Shown here: one piece after another, positions 13,996 to 26,121 of the stretch
Layout: each line of letters starts with the position of its first letter
Position numbering within the stretch: the first letter of the stretch is position 1
DNA from: Schmidtea polychroa
Taxonomy: Eukaryota
Reading direction: 5' to 3'
DNA: 64,000 nucleotides
NCBI GenBank assembly: GCA_044892525.1
Contig: CM097887.1
Span: 121,870,397-121,934,396 of the forward strand
Position numbers and translations under genes: made by a program
Notes under the pieces: generated by a model
What the model was told of the DNA's origin: nothing
Databases searched by the model: none
The model's input: only the letters and a program-made list of their open reading frames with translations

Positions 13996-14128
13996 TGTTA
14001 TTATTTGAAATGTTTATAAAAACTTTATTGTTGCCCAAATTTGAGAATGTCACCAGTTGTCGCTTGTAAAAATGCGCAGTAGCTATCATTTTATCTATTA
14101 GTATGATCTTTACATTTAATAGTATTAA

Positions 14129-14783
14129 CCCCTTTACCGTCAACTTCTTTTTCAGAAATCGACCCTTAATTGGCGACTTTATTTGCGGCTATAAAAAAAT
14201 TAATCTTTTAATTATTTTTCAAACATCTTTATCAACAATAACGAACAACTAATAACGAATAACAGTTAACTAATTAATAACAAATAAAGCAGTTTTTAGT
14301 ATTGTTGTAAAGTTTGGCTTCCTAATATGTCTTTCGTGTGTGATAATTTTCAAAGCAAGATACAGGACACAGAGGGACGTCACACTCCTTGCACATGTAT
14401 CTTGTTTCTTTGCAGACTATCTTGTTTGCCCCTGGACTATTGTGTGAGCAGCACACTTTACAGCTACGTTTGGGAAGAGCCTTGACATCGTTCACCAGAA
14501 TAAACTTCGGAAAGTGTCTTTCAGTCAGTCGCAATGGGTTTACAACATCTGCGGATGGTCTCCCTTGTCGTTGACCTTTACATGGAACGTGGAAACTCTC
14601 CAAGATTTTCTCAATAAATTTGATTCTGAATGACCTAGAACGACGTATTTACGTTTAGCAGAGTATACTCGGGTCTACCGTGCTGCAGTACGCTTTCAAA
14701 TATATAAAACGAGTTAACTCGGGTCTACCGGTTATCAGTCGGTTTCGACTTGACGAGTATCCTCGGGTCTATCGGTAAAGGGG
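14129..14783 (-). mobile_element. piggyBac internal-deletion derivative retaining only the C-terminal cysteine-rich domain coding region
   Basis: TTAA on both sides; perfect 11-bp TIR CCCCTTTACCG/CGGTAAAGGGG; three gagt...ctcgggtcta.cg subterminal repeats; ORF 14322-14603 encodes CKVC...CKECDVPLC...CFENYH, typical of the piggyBac CRD. Confidence 0.88.
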
Positions 14784-16012
14784 TTAATAGTTCATTAGTA
14801 ATAATAATTCATCAATTAATAGTGTTTTTTCATTTAATTTCATATTTAATTTATTTATAATTATAATTATAAAAATCTTCTATTAGGCCAACTGAGGCCA
14901 AGCAAAATGGAGCTCTTCAATTTAGTAAATAAGAAAAAAGATACTGNNNNNNNNNNNNNNNNNNNNNNNNNNNNNNNNNNNNNNNNNNNNNNNNNNNNNN
15001 NNNNNNNNNNNNNNNNNNNNNNNNNNNNNNNNNNNNNNNNNNNNNNNNNNNNNNNNNNNNNNNNNNNNNNNNNNNNNNNNNNNNNNNNNNNNNNNNNNNN
15101 NNNNNNNNNNNNNNNNNNNNNNNNNNNNNNNNNNNNNNNNNNNNNNNNNNNNNNNNNNATAATAATAATTGACTCAATCAATTCTTTTGTTTGAAATTTG
15201 ATTTGCCCATGACTTTCCCATTTTTTAAATTTATTTCAAAAACAAATATTTTAGGATTAATCATCATTTACTTTTATCTTTTTGATTACTTAGGGATTTC
15301 TCTCTCCAATGTTTATTAGCGATATATTTATGGGGGAAATGATATGTAAATGATTGAATGGTTTATCTATCATTCCCAAATTGCATGCACATTTTTTTTT
15401 CAATTAGATGAGAAACAAAATCCATTTTTGTGGATCATTTGTATATTTTTGCACTTTTATTTTAAAGATCAACATGTGCTGATCAATTTAAACAACGTAT
15501 ATATTTTATGGGACAATTTTATCTCTTTCTATTGATTGAAAATTTTATTATCAAATTTAGTTATTCCCAATAATTATGTGAAAATAAAGGAAATGTTTTT
15601 TTATATTAATATAAGAATATTTATGATTAATATTTTTAGAGGATTTGGGGAAATTATGAAAATTGGCGATGTCATTGATAAAACTAATTTAATTTATGTT
15701 TTAAAACCAACATAATATAATATTTTTAGCAACGTCTACTAATGTAATACCTGACGGCTTTTGGCCGCCTAGTTTTCCAAAATATAAAGATGAGTATATA
15801 GCTTTTGTCTTTGAGTGAAGTTAGTAAACAAAACGAGATAAACCTCAAGTACGTCAAAATTATTAATAGTTTGAAAAGGAGTGGTTTGAGATTTAATATC
15901 CGTCTTTCCGATTTTTACATCGTTGTACATGAATGTCCAAGAATAGTGAATGGGTTATTTAGATTGTGCTTTATTGGTCCTGGATAACCGGGAAATGTAT
16001 TACCATAATATA

Positions 16013-16222
16013 TATTAAAAAGAGCTTGAAGACTGTAAATAAGACTGTAAATATAAGTTTATATATCGATGTATTTGAGACTCACAAATTTCACTTGAAA
16101 AAGGCAGTGCCGAAAATTCGGGAGTGTAAAAAAACATCGATGTATTACTGATTTATAGTCTTCAAGCTCTCTTTTTAATAAATTCAATGAAAAAGAAAAT
16201 CAGTGGTGAAATTGGAAAAAAA
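16013..16222. repeat. Foldback/palindromic dispersed repeat, copy B
   Basis: Inverted arms (taaaaagagcttgaagact...atcgatgt / acatcgatgtattactgatttatagtcttcaagct...tttttaata) plus an aaatcagtggtgaaattggaaaaaa tail. Confidence 0.7.
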
Positions 16223-16739
16223 AGTTCGTATAATAGAATATATATATCGTCAATAAGTATGGCATTTTCTTTGAAATAGATTAGAACTTCTTCTAATAAT
16301 TTTATATTCTGGTATTTGTGGTTCTGAAAAAAAATAGAAGTTTTGAATTTTGCAGATATATTTGTTTTGTCTTCTGCGTTTTGTTTACTGTAATTTTATT
16401 CTGTCTTGAAAGCCAATTCTGGGAAAAGAATTCTCTGTTAATGTTGCCATTGTAGTGTTTTCTAGTGTTGAGAGATGTAGGAATGGTTTGTGATCGGCGA
16501 AGTTAGTGAGTTTGTTTCTCTCTAGAATGTTCATGAAATATTTCATTGAATCATAGGTAGACAGTAAAACTTTAACATATTCTAAATATTTCTTTTGTGA
16601 GATTTTTATTTTTTGAAAAAGGTTTTGGAGGTCGTACATTGTTTCCATGTATTTGGTACAATAATGCTCCCATAGCAATTGTAGAACTTAGATAGGGTTA
16701 AGTAAATTGAGTGTTACGAGTTCAAAAGATGAACGTTCT

Positions 16740-17340
16740 GTGTCTTTGAACCGATATAACTTTTCACAGCCGACTCAATGAACATTGGAGAGACTTCCCG
16801 TCATCTCTGTATTGGAGCTCGAGAACATTGTAGACCGAAGGCTTTGACCCATATTGGTGAGCACAATAAGGGCTGTAAGATTAAAATAGGTATGCCTGAT
16901 TTTAAAATTTTATTAAAAAATTTCGATAACTATTGGGAACGTGTGATTTGTGAGGCGTTGTTGATAAAATCATTGAATCTGAAAATTAATGTGAAGAAGG
17001 CAGTAAATACTTGTGTTTTGAGTGTTTTTAAATAAGTTTTTAAATAAGTTTTTTTTATATTGTATGTATTGATTGTTGTATTAAATTAAATAATTAATAA
17101 AAGTTTTTAAATTATTAAATTAAATTTTGAATGCTAAAATTTTAAAAAAATAATATATTAATTTAATTATAATTTTTTAAAAATAATTAAATGTTTTTAT
17201 TAAATAAAAAAATTGTTTATATATAATTAATAAATTTGTTTAAAATCCTTAATTTACATAGTTATTATATCCCACCTTATGATGACAGGAAAATTATCGA
17301 AATATATCGTGAAAAGAATGTTTGATTGGCGTTATCTTAT
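16740..17340 (+). mobile_element. Penelope-like retroelement 3' fragment (GIY-YIG endonuclease C-terminal half plus pseudo-LTR-like end)
   Basis: ORF 16778-17035 IGETSRHLCIGAREH...FKILL...ERVICEALLIK...IN fits the PLE GIY-YIG pattern; a hammerhead-like motif lies about 240 bp after the stop. Confidence 0.75.
17273..17311 (+). ncRNA. Type I hammerhead-ribozyme-like motif with a mutated core
   Basis: CAC-CTTATGA-T-GACAG-gaaaa-TTATC-GAAA-TATAT-C-GTG: stem I CAC/GTG, palindromic stem III; the core reads CUUAUGA instead of CUGAUGA, so it is likely inactive. Confidence 0.4.
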
Positions 17341-19653
17341 AATTAAATCATTGCCATGTGTGTTTAACTATTTATTTTAATAACTTAATTTTTTTAATTT
17401 TTTTATTCATTACATTTTAATAATTTAATATTTAATTTATTACATTTAATAATTAGTTATATTACTATTATTAATNNNNNNNNNNNNNNNNNNNNNNNNN
17501 NNNNNNNNNNNNNNNNNNNNNNNNNNNNNNNNNNNNNNNNNNNNNNNNNNNNNNNNNNNNNNNNNNNNNNNNNNNNNNNNNNNNNNNNNNNNNNNNNNNN
17601 NNNNNNNNNNNNNNNNNNNNNNNNNNNNNNNNNNNNNNNTCATTATTATCATATTTTATTATTGTTATTGTAAAATTAATTGGGACATTTCCCCCTTAGG
17701 ATATGCGCCCAATCAAATGTTTATATTTTTGACTTTATGTTTATTGTCTTGGTGTGTACTTTGTGTGTATGTATTTATTTGTGGTCGTCTTAATTCTGGA
17801 CAGTATTTGTTAAGATCGAATTTGGTCAAATTTCGATTAATTAAGACTTCTTGTGTTAAAAGATTAACTCGGTATTATATATTTAAAAATGGAGAAAATG
17901 AAGGAATTTTTTAATTAAATGTTACATGGTTTAATTTGTTAATATCTTATTTTACGAATACAAATATTAAAATGGATGAAATGATTTCAGTAGTGTGGTC
18001 AACAACAAAAGCTAAAGATGGTGCAAATTCTTAAACCATAATTACTTATAGAAATAATGATGAAGGTTCGATGTGTGCAAAGAAATTTTGAGAATCATTA
18101 TAATATTTTTATTATTATTTGTTTAAAGAAAAATAAGCTATTTATTTGAAATTATTTAGTTTTCCTAATTGTAACAATTTTCCAAACAAATTTACTATAG
18201 CTAATGCCAGTCAAATGCCAAATTTTGTGGCATTTTAATTTTTGACTTTTAGAAAATTCGCAAATGTTATATTCATACTTGCAGTACAAAATTAATGCAA
18301 TTTGTAATTGTGGTCATTTGTCATTGTCATCACGAATGATTTCATTATGATTATTACTTTTCTTTTATTAATTAATCATAATATTAAATTTTTTTTAAAT
18401 AATAAAAATTTCTATAATCGATAAATTCTATTAAATTTTTAAATTTTCTAAGAATATTTATCAAGAAAAATAGAATGAAAAAACATCAAATAAATTTGAT
18501 AACAGAGTAAAATATATTTAAAACAAAATTTATAAAATTGATAAAAAAGTTTGGTAGCAATAGTTTACAAATGTTTTTCATTTTAATATTATTATTAAAT
18601 TTTTAAGTTATTGATAAAATTTGAAATTTGATTAATTTGATTAAATAATTTGATTAAACTAGTCTACAGTCTTTTCCGAAAATAATTATTTTTCATATCG
18701 ATTTTGTTTAAATGGATCCAACTTTATTTACAAACAAAATATAGATAAGTAATTATCATTATTTTGTTACATTATGTAAAATATTTTATGAAAATTTTAC
18801 TACTGTAATTTGAATAAAAATTAATTTTCATTTTGTTTCAATGTATTGAAAATAAAATTTCTCCAATTTATTGTCGCTATCTATTATTTAGAAAATGAAA
18901 GATCTGTTTTTTTTGCATAGTATTTTGTGTGAGATATTGTAGGGTAATTATTCTCAATGAGAGTCCAATCTGAGATTTCCCATTGCAACAAGGAAATGAA
19001 AGTGAATAATCGCCTACAATTAGTATCTTCACTTTTGTTAGAAAAGAAAAATAATCGTTTGTTTAAATTTTTAACGAGCAAGAATTGGCAAAATAATTTT
19101 CTAAAAATAATTTTTATCATTTTTATTTTTACTTTAAAATATTTATTTTTGTTTAAATTGATAAAATGCTGACAGTTGTAATTCGTCTGAAAGTTTCTCG
19201 GTAGATTTTTTCAGAGCGTGATGGGCCATGGTATGTTAAAATTTCCGCTCTTAATATTATGACGTATTTTTGTAGTATTCATTTACGTACATAAATATAT
19301 AATATAGTTACCTATTTCCTTAATAAGCAGTAGGTTTAAACCACCATGAACTTAATAAAGATTGGACAATTAGTATTTCTTCACTTAACCATTTTCCACC
19401 TTCAATGCACCCCTTGCACCCCCACTTGGCGTGGCCGTTGATTTTCTAATATCAAAGATTTTGCTTCGGCTGTTTAAATGTCAAAGAAATTTATTAAATT
19501 TATTCAAGTTCTAATTGGAGAATTTTTTCAAAAAATTTTGAAATTTTCAATTTTCTCTAACATTCAAAACCTAATTTTTGATATTTTAAATTTTGATTTT
19601 CATAAATTTTTAATTCAAAATTTATAAATGTGTAAAAATAAATTATAAGAGCA

Positions 19654-19880
19654 TTTTTTTCCAATTTCACCACTGATTATTTTTTCCATTGAATTTAATA
19701 AAAAGAGGTCTCTAAGACTATAAATCAGTAATATATCGATGTTTTTTAATACTCACGAATTTTTGGCTTGAAAAAAAAATTCACTTGAAGAAGGCAGTGC
19801 CGAATATTCGTGAGTATCAACAAATATTGATATATTACTGATTTATAGTCTTCCAACTGTCTTTTTAATAAATCCATTAA
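19654..19880. repeat. Foldback/palindromic dispersed repeat, copy C (opposite orientation to B)
   Basis: ttttttccaatttcaccactgatt head followed by ~65-bp inverted arms (gactataaatcagtaatatatc...atactcacgaat / attcgtgagtat...gatatattactgatttatagtc). Confidence 0.75.
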
Positions 19881-21737
19881 AAATAAATGTTTTTAAATAG
19901 CTTTTTACACGTTATATATATGAATTTTTGTTGTTAAATTAAATAATTATTAAATTTTAATATTTTAAAATCTCCTTTAAATTAAAAATGGTTTATTATT
20001 TAAATAATATATAGTAAAACGAATGTTTGAGTGACGCTGTCTTATTTAAAGAGTCTTTCAAGATTTTAAAATTTTTAATTAAAGAACAAATTTTTAATTA
20101 TATTTTATTTCGTTTTTACAAAAATTCAATAATAATTAGGTTAAATATAAAATTTTTTATAAGTTTCTGCAACAATAATTGACACTTTGATGGTCACAGC
20201 AACCTCTTGTGGTCAGCACTTGTATTCTTATTAAGGTCATGGTGGTCATTCGTAATCAAGGGTAATACATTTTATAGAATGATTGAAACCAGGTATATAT
20301 CATCGACTACATTTTTTTAAAAAATGTAAAAATTATATTTTGTTTTCCAATGCAAAACATATAAAACACGTAACTGCCAACCATGCCTGTAAGGAATTGG
20401 AATGAAGATTATGTAATTTTAAAATGTCATAATGGAATTTTGAGTTTGTTCAAAGAAATGATACTTCTGAAATTAAATGGTAGCTATATAAAACGAGGCA
20501 AAGTTTGATTGAAAGTGATATTTAAATGACGGAGTGGTCTATAATCTTTTCCGGCAATTTAATATGTTACTCGGAGAGAAGACAAATTTGTTCTTGCGGT
20601 TCGTAATGGAATCTGTTCAAATTCAATATGCAATTCTGTAAAAATAACACAAATCCAGGAAAAATAAATAATTATAAAAAATCAGTAAAACTATTATTGA
20701 AAAATTTGGAAACTATTTTCATAATTCTGGCATCATCAAAAGAAAGTTGATATTTTCTAGGATATTTATTTACACAAGCTCGTATCATTTCATAATCTCA
20801 AGATCAAACGCCGCTTTGAAGTATAACTTTAGTAGTGTTTCCTAAATTTAGTTTTTAACAGAAAAAAGCAAACCGACTATTTTTTCACATGTGATTTTCT
20901 TCTTTTCTTTTATCATTGCGCTTAATTTGGGTTGGCAGGGGGAAATATTATTCAAGCAAAATGTGGAGAAATTATTTTTCCGTAAAATCTTTTAACCTCA
21001 AGCGATGTGTTTTTTATTCTTGTGGAGATAAACTGCAGGTAGTTCTAAAAGTTTAAACAATTAAATCAAAAAAAACCCAAGTGTTAATCAGAACATAAGT
21101 TAAAATAATATTTTCCTTGTAATATTATTAGTTTATATTTCAATTATATTCATAATTTGGATCCTTCTCTCAGTAATTCGATTATAAGACGAAATAATAA
21201 TAATCTGACTATATAATTTAACTTATATGAGATTATTTANNNNNNNNNNNNNNNNNNNNNNNNNNNNNNNNNNNNNNNNNNNNNNNNNNNNNNNNNNNNN
21301 NNNNNNNNNNNNNNNNNNNNNNNNNNNNNNNNNNNNNNNNNNNNNNNNNNNNNNNNNNNNNNNNNNNNNNNNNNNNNNNNNNNNNNNNNNNNNNNNNNNN
21401 NNNNNNNNNNNNNNNNNNNNNNNNNNNNNNNNNNNNNNNNNNNNNNNNNNNNNNNNNNNNNNNNNNNNNNNNNNNNNNNNNNNNNNNNNNNNNNNNNNNN
21501 NNNNNNNNNNNNNNNNNNNNNNNNNNNNNNNNNNNNNNNNNNNNNNNNNNNNNNNNNNNNNNNNNNNNNNNNNNNNNNNNNNNNNNNNNNNNNNNNNNNN
21601 NNNNNNNNNNNNNNNNNNNNNNNNNNNNNNNNNNNNNNNNNNNNNNNNNNNNNNNNNNNNNNNNNNNNNNNNNNNNNNNNNNNNNNNNNNNNNNNNNNNN
21701 NNNNNNNNNNNNNNNNNNNNNNNNNNNNNNNNNNNNN

Positions 21738-22583
21738 GGGATTGCCTCTGACTGGCATTTATTCGGTTTCTTTTTCTATCGCGTCTGTGTGCGCGGTCTG
21801 GTTAGACCGAATATTGTTGGTGTGGATTGATATTGTAGGTAATTGTTAATTGTGTTTTTTTTGTGAATTGATTGTTATATTGATATTGTAGAAATTATAG
21901 AATTTGGTTTTTTGTTTGAAATGTGTAAATGTTCGAAAGTGGAGTTTTGGAATCAAAATTTGTAAATTCCTGTTTTTAAAAATGGCTTCAGGTGTGAAAT
22001 GTGATCCTTCAGTTGAAGAAGAAGGATTTGATTACAAATTTATTAAAGCTTATGATGTTCCAAGCCAAGATCTTATTTCTTATTTCGATGAAACCAGTGA
22101 ATTCATTGAAAATGGCAGAAAATTTGGTGGAATATCAAGAAGTGGAATTATTTTGACGGCTTATTTAATGAAACATTTTAAAGTTGGTCCAAACGATGCG
22201 ATTGAGACAATTAAGGAAAAGTCAGTTATATGTCCAAATGATGGATTCAGGAAACAATTAAAGATATATTTCAACATGAATTGCAGTGATGAAATCAACA
22301 AATGCGCAAATACAGTTTCTCAAGCTCAATTTAAGTTATCAGCATCTTCAAAAGATTTAGTTCAATTCAAATTTAGAAATTGTCGATTTTTATTATTCGA
22401 CAATTCAAGTGTTGTTGAGCACAGTAAAATGAAAGCTTCGAAAGCAATAAATGAAAGCACAATTTGCAATGAGGAAATACTTATCGAAGCTCTTCCTTGG
22501 ATTGATAGCAGCAATGCAGACGGGGAAATGAAAATGACAGTGTTAAAGAATAAAATTTTAATGACTTATTTGGATCTTATTCA
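21738..22583 (+). repeat. 5' LTR (about 865 bp; start hidden in a gap)
   Basis: Matches 26141-26988 apart from a 21-bp indel, a 1-nt T-run difference and at least three substitutions; ends in CA just before the PBS; AATAAA near its 3' end. Confidence 0.88.
21982..22530 (+). pseudogene. DUSP12/YVH1-like dual-specificity phosphatase fragment inside the 5' LTR, catalytic HC motif missing
   Basis: [35 protein letters not shown], then remnants of the C-terminal Zn domain (NCRFLLF...[14 protein letters not shown]). The VLVHC segment before GxSRS is absent. No introns. Confidence 0.7.
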
Positions 22584-22601
22584 TGGTAGCAGAGCGTGGT
22601 T
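22584..22601 (+). promoter_or_regulatory. Primer-binding site complementary to initiator tRNA-Met
   Basis: TGGTAGCAGAGCGTGGTT directly after the LTR-terminal CA; complementary to an animal-type tRNAiMet 3' end (...AACCACGCUCUGCUACCA). Confidence 0.85.
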
Positions 22602-22797
22602 CCGGCTAGCCAGCCGGAACAAGGTATTATTTATATTTTTTAAGAATGATATTTGTATTGTATTATATACATGTAATAGGTATCGTATGTTTATTATATT
22701 ATATGTAGATTGGCTGTATTATATTTTTATTATATTTGTTATTTTTGAAACATTTCCCCTAGGGCCTGCCCTCCCTAACCCCATTAGAGGTGGATTG

Positions 22798-23251
22798 GCG
22801 CGGGTATTTGTCAAAACATTAATAGGGAAGACAATTACTCTCGAAGTTGAATCTAGTGACACGATAGGAAATGTAAAAGCGAAAATACAAGATAAAGAAG
22901 GTAGTCCACCTGACCAGCAACGATTAATTTGCGCGGGAAAACAATTAGAAGATGGGCGAACATTATCTGATTATAATATTCAAAAGGAGTCTACTTTGCG
23001 TTTAGTTTTGCGATCGAGGGGTGTAATGCAAATATTCGTGAAGACATTGACAGGAAAAACAATAACTTTGGAAGTAGAATCAAGTGATACTATTGAAAAT
23101 GAAGGCTAAAATTCAAGAAAAAGAAGGGATACCCCCAGGGCGACAAAGACTTAATTTTGCCGGGAAAGTATTAAAAGATGGCCTAACGTTATTAGATTAT
23201 AACGTTAGGAAAGAAGCCACGGTACATCTGGTTTTGGGTCTGGCAGGGGGA
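22798..23251 (+). pseudogene. Two tandem divergent ubiquitin units (22798-23025; 23026-23251 with a 2-nt deletion) fused to the Gag N-terminus
   Basis: [33 protein letters not shown]...[30 protein letters not shown], then [25 protein letters not shown] / [13 protein letters not shown]...HLVLGLAGG. Unit 2 is 226 nt, i.e. 228 minus 2. Confidence 0.92.
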
Positions 23252-25178
23252 AGTCCAGTATCAGATGCGGAGTTCGAGGCAGGTTACAAGAGACGAACCG
23301 GGTGGAAGATTTCGTTAGGGCGTCTACGTAACCGGGCCTTAGGAGATGGATCGGACCCGGGGGAAGATCAAAGGAGAATGGAGGCATACGAAGATAAGTA
23401 TGAGGAAGTGATCAACGAATTGGAGGAGCTGAGGAATAATGCTCGGGAGTTAGGGCGGGAGAAAGAAGAAAAGGAAATTGAGGCAGATCTGAAACGATTA
23501 GAAGCGGATTTCAGCAGAATCGGTGATCTGGTCCTCACGCAGAAGGAAGAGAGTTTTAGAGTGGAGTCGCGGAAGGGCACAGAAAAATCATTTAGGAGCG
23601 AAGAGCCCAATGAGAAACAGAAGTGCATAATGGGTTTGAAACCCTTGCAGTTGCCGGTATTTAATGGGAAGGTAATGGAATATCCTGGATGGAGGGCAAT
23701 TGTGAGAGCCTGCATCGAGGACACGGATGAGCCGAGTGAAAGAAAGTACTTGTACCTGAGACAGTACTTGGAAGGGAAGCCGCTGCAATTAATTGCCTAT
23801 ATTGGATATGGCTCGCAGGCTTTCGAGGCGGCGATGAAATTACTCGATGAAAGGTATGGGGGGACCAGAAAGATCCTATTCCATGATGCTGGATGCGGTG
23901 CAGAGGTTCTTCCCAGTGAGGCTCAACGTCTTGGAGGACCTAGAGCGGTTTGAAGAGCTGCTAGGAAACCTCATCCTAAATTTCAAGGATCAGAAGAGGG
24001 AAGGCGAGTTGAACAACGGAATGTTGTATCACCAACTGCTGAAGAAGCTTCCAGAGACCATGCTGATTCAGTGGTCACGCCATTGTGATTCGGGGAGAGA
24101 GGGAAATGTGCAAACGCTAGCCGAGTGGATCAAAACGGAAGCTAATAGGCATCGGCAAGCAATGAGCATTCTGTTTGGAGAAGGGCGGGCAAAGGGTAGA
24201 ACTGTCGCCCCAACAACTAACTTTGGAAATGCGAAGAAGAGCACGAATTTTACGGATAGTAGGCGCAAGATAGAGGTTAGCAGTGCTCGAAAAAAGGAAC
24301 CAATTTGTGTGAAATGTGGTTCAGAACATTATTTAAATCAATGCTCAGAGTTCCTAAAGCTGACTGTTAAGGAACGAAATGAGTTTGTGACCAAGAAGCG
24401 GCTTTGTTACAATTGTCTTACAACAGCTCACATGGTTAGAGAATGCGAAAAACCGAGCTTTTGTAAGGACAGAGATTGTACTCGAAAGCATCACAATTTG
24501 CTCCATGGCTCAGAGAACAAAGTTGATGGAGATCAAGAGCCGAGCAATGAGAACACATCAATGATGACGGTTCAAGATACACAGAGGAAGAAGATGTATG
24601 TTCCTTTACGAACGATTACAGCAAAGTTGATTAATAAAGGAAAGGAGGTCAAGATCAACGCATTGCTAGACGACGCAAGCAATGTTAGCTATATTAGCGA
24701 TTGGGCGGCGCAAGAACTGGGGTTGGGAGGACAGTGGCAAAGCACTCCAGTTGGCGTGATTGGTGGACAATCACAAATGTTGGAAACGAAGCCGGTGACG
24801 GTATTATTGGCAAGCAACAATAACAATTTAAAGGTAAATTTGAACGTCCTGGTGGTAAAAAAGGTCACTGGAGACCTGGGAATGTGTAACTGGAGGAAGT
24901 TATCGGCGAAATGGAAGCATCTGCGATATATAAACTTCCCGGTTATGAATACAAGGACGCAGATTGATGTATTGATTGGTTCTGATTACCCATATCTACA
25001 TCGATCTATTCGCGAAGTAACAGGAGCAAAGCATGAACCAATTGCAAGGTTGACGCCCCTCGGATGGACATGTCTTGGTAGGATTGCAAGGAATCAAGTT
25101 CCAAGATGTTCGCATTTGGCTCAGAGTTATTTTGCGGTAACGGAAATGTTAAAACGCCGGAGAAATGATTATTCATGA
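23252..25178 (+). pseudogene. Bel/Pao gag-protease region (one +1 frameshift in a G-run near 23860; truncated before RT)
   Basis: [11 protein letters not shown]...YPGW (DUF1759-like); CVKCGSEHYLNQC, CYNCLTTAHMVREC, CKDRDCTRKHHNLLH; protease ALLDDASNVSYI. The two ORFs join if one G is removed from tatgggggg. Confidence 0.88.
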
Positions 25179-26079
25179 TGTAGATAATTCTGAAGAAATG
25201 GATTATATTAAAGAATGGGATGAAAATGATGAAACACATGAAAACAAAAATGCTAGCGAAGATGGAGATAGTGAAAGCAATGAATGTGGGAATTTACAAT
25301 CTAACGATATTATAAATCAAGATGAAATAGAGCAAAATCGAGTCAATGAGAACGAGAATCAGTATTCTGAATTTGTAAAAAATAATACTGAACTATTAGA
25401 CAACGATTTTGATAAAGGAGACCAAGTTACAGCAGATGAATTAGAAAATATTGTCAAAAGTCACAATCAAGAAGAAAATTTTGAAAGTAAATATGATGAA
25501 ACGGAAGTAGATGTGTCAGACAAGAATGAAAATTATAATAGTCATGTAGGCACAGAGGTTGTCGACATTAATGTTATCGAAAGACCGAATTCTTTGGTAG
25601 AAGATAATTTTCAAAACATGGAAGACTTAGTTAATGTTCAAGCGGATTTTGCTTCCTCAGAAAATCATTTAGAAACTGATCGAATTATGCCAGATTCTGA
25701 GACCAATGACAGTGATCTTAGAGTCGATATTGTTAAAGATCATACGTCCGACACAGCTAAAGATTCTGAACAAAATACATTCACTCAACCAACGTCTGCT
25801 TTAGATGATATCATTGAAGACTATTCACCTGGTTCCCCTTCATTAAATGAAATGCAACAGGGAAAAGTGGGGGCTATTGAGTTGGCGAAACATGCAGGAA
25901 GGATAATGGAGATATTGCAGCGAAACAGAATGAAAAGTGGCAGGGGCTTGGCCGAGTATGGCGATGGTGGGAGGAGAATCCACCATGATGTATCCAGAAA
26001 GGTGCGTGGTGCGGCGGCCTATACCATAGCAAGATGGGTGTGTTGGAGAGAGGCAAAAGGAAAGGTTCCCCTGAAGTAA
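25165..26079 (+). CDS. Acidic (D/E/N-rich) ORF of unknown origin occupying the pol position; the last ~70 codons are element-like GC-rich sequence
   Basis: 304-aa ORF; AT-rich acidic block at 25165 to about 25860, with an abrupt compositional switch from the GC-richer Pao sequence on both sides. Confidence 0.5.
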   Translation: MIIHDVDNSEEMDYIKEWDENDETHENKNASEDGDSESNECGNLQSNDIINQDEIEQNRVNENENQYSEFVKNNTELLDNDFDKGDQVTADELENIVKSHNQEENFESKYDETEVDVSDKNENYNSHVGTEVVDINVIERPNSLVEDNFQNMEDLVNVQADFASSENHLETDRIMPDSETNDSDLRVDIVKDHTSDTAKDSEQNTFTQPTSALDDIIEDYSPGSPSLNEMQQGKVGAIELAKHAGRIMEILQRNRMKSGRGLAEYGDGGRRIHHDVSRKVRGAAAYTIARWVCWREAKGKVPLK

Positions 26080-26121
26080 TTGGGTGGTTGATCCGCTAGA
26101 AGGGATCAAGGAGGGGGGAAA

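Noticed and set aside
21904-21981. ORF-track starts at TTG/GTG (e.g. 21904, 26329, 44871, 50960, 52972, 54327)
   Set aside because: The track allows non-ATG starts; in this eukaryotic sequence the ATG or splice-defined starts were used instead.
22624-22762. Intron joining the DUSP-like segment to ubiquitin
   Set aside because: 139 nt; splicing shifts the frame into an early stop.
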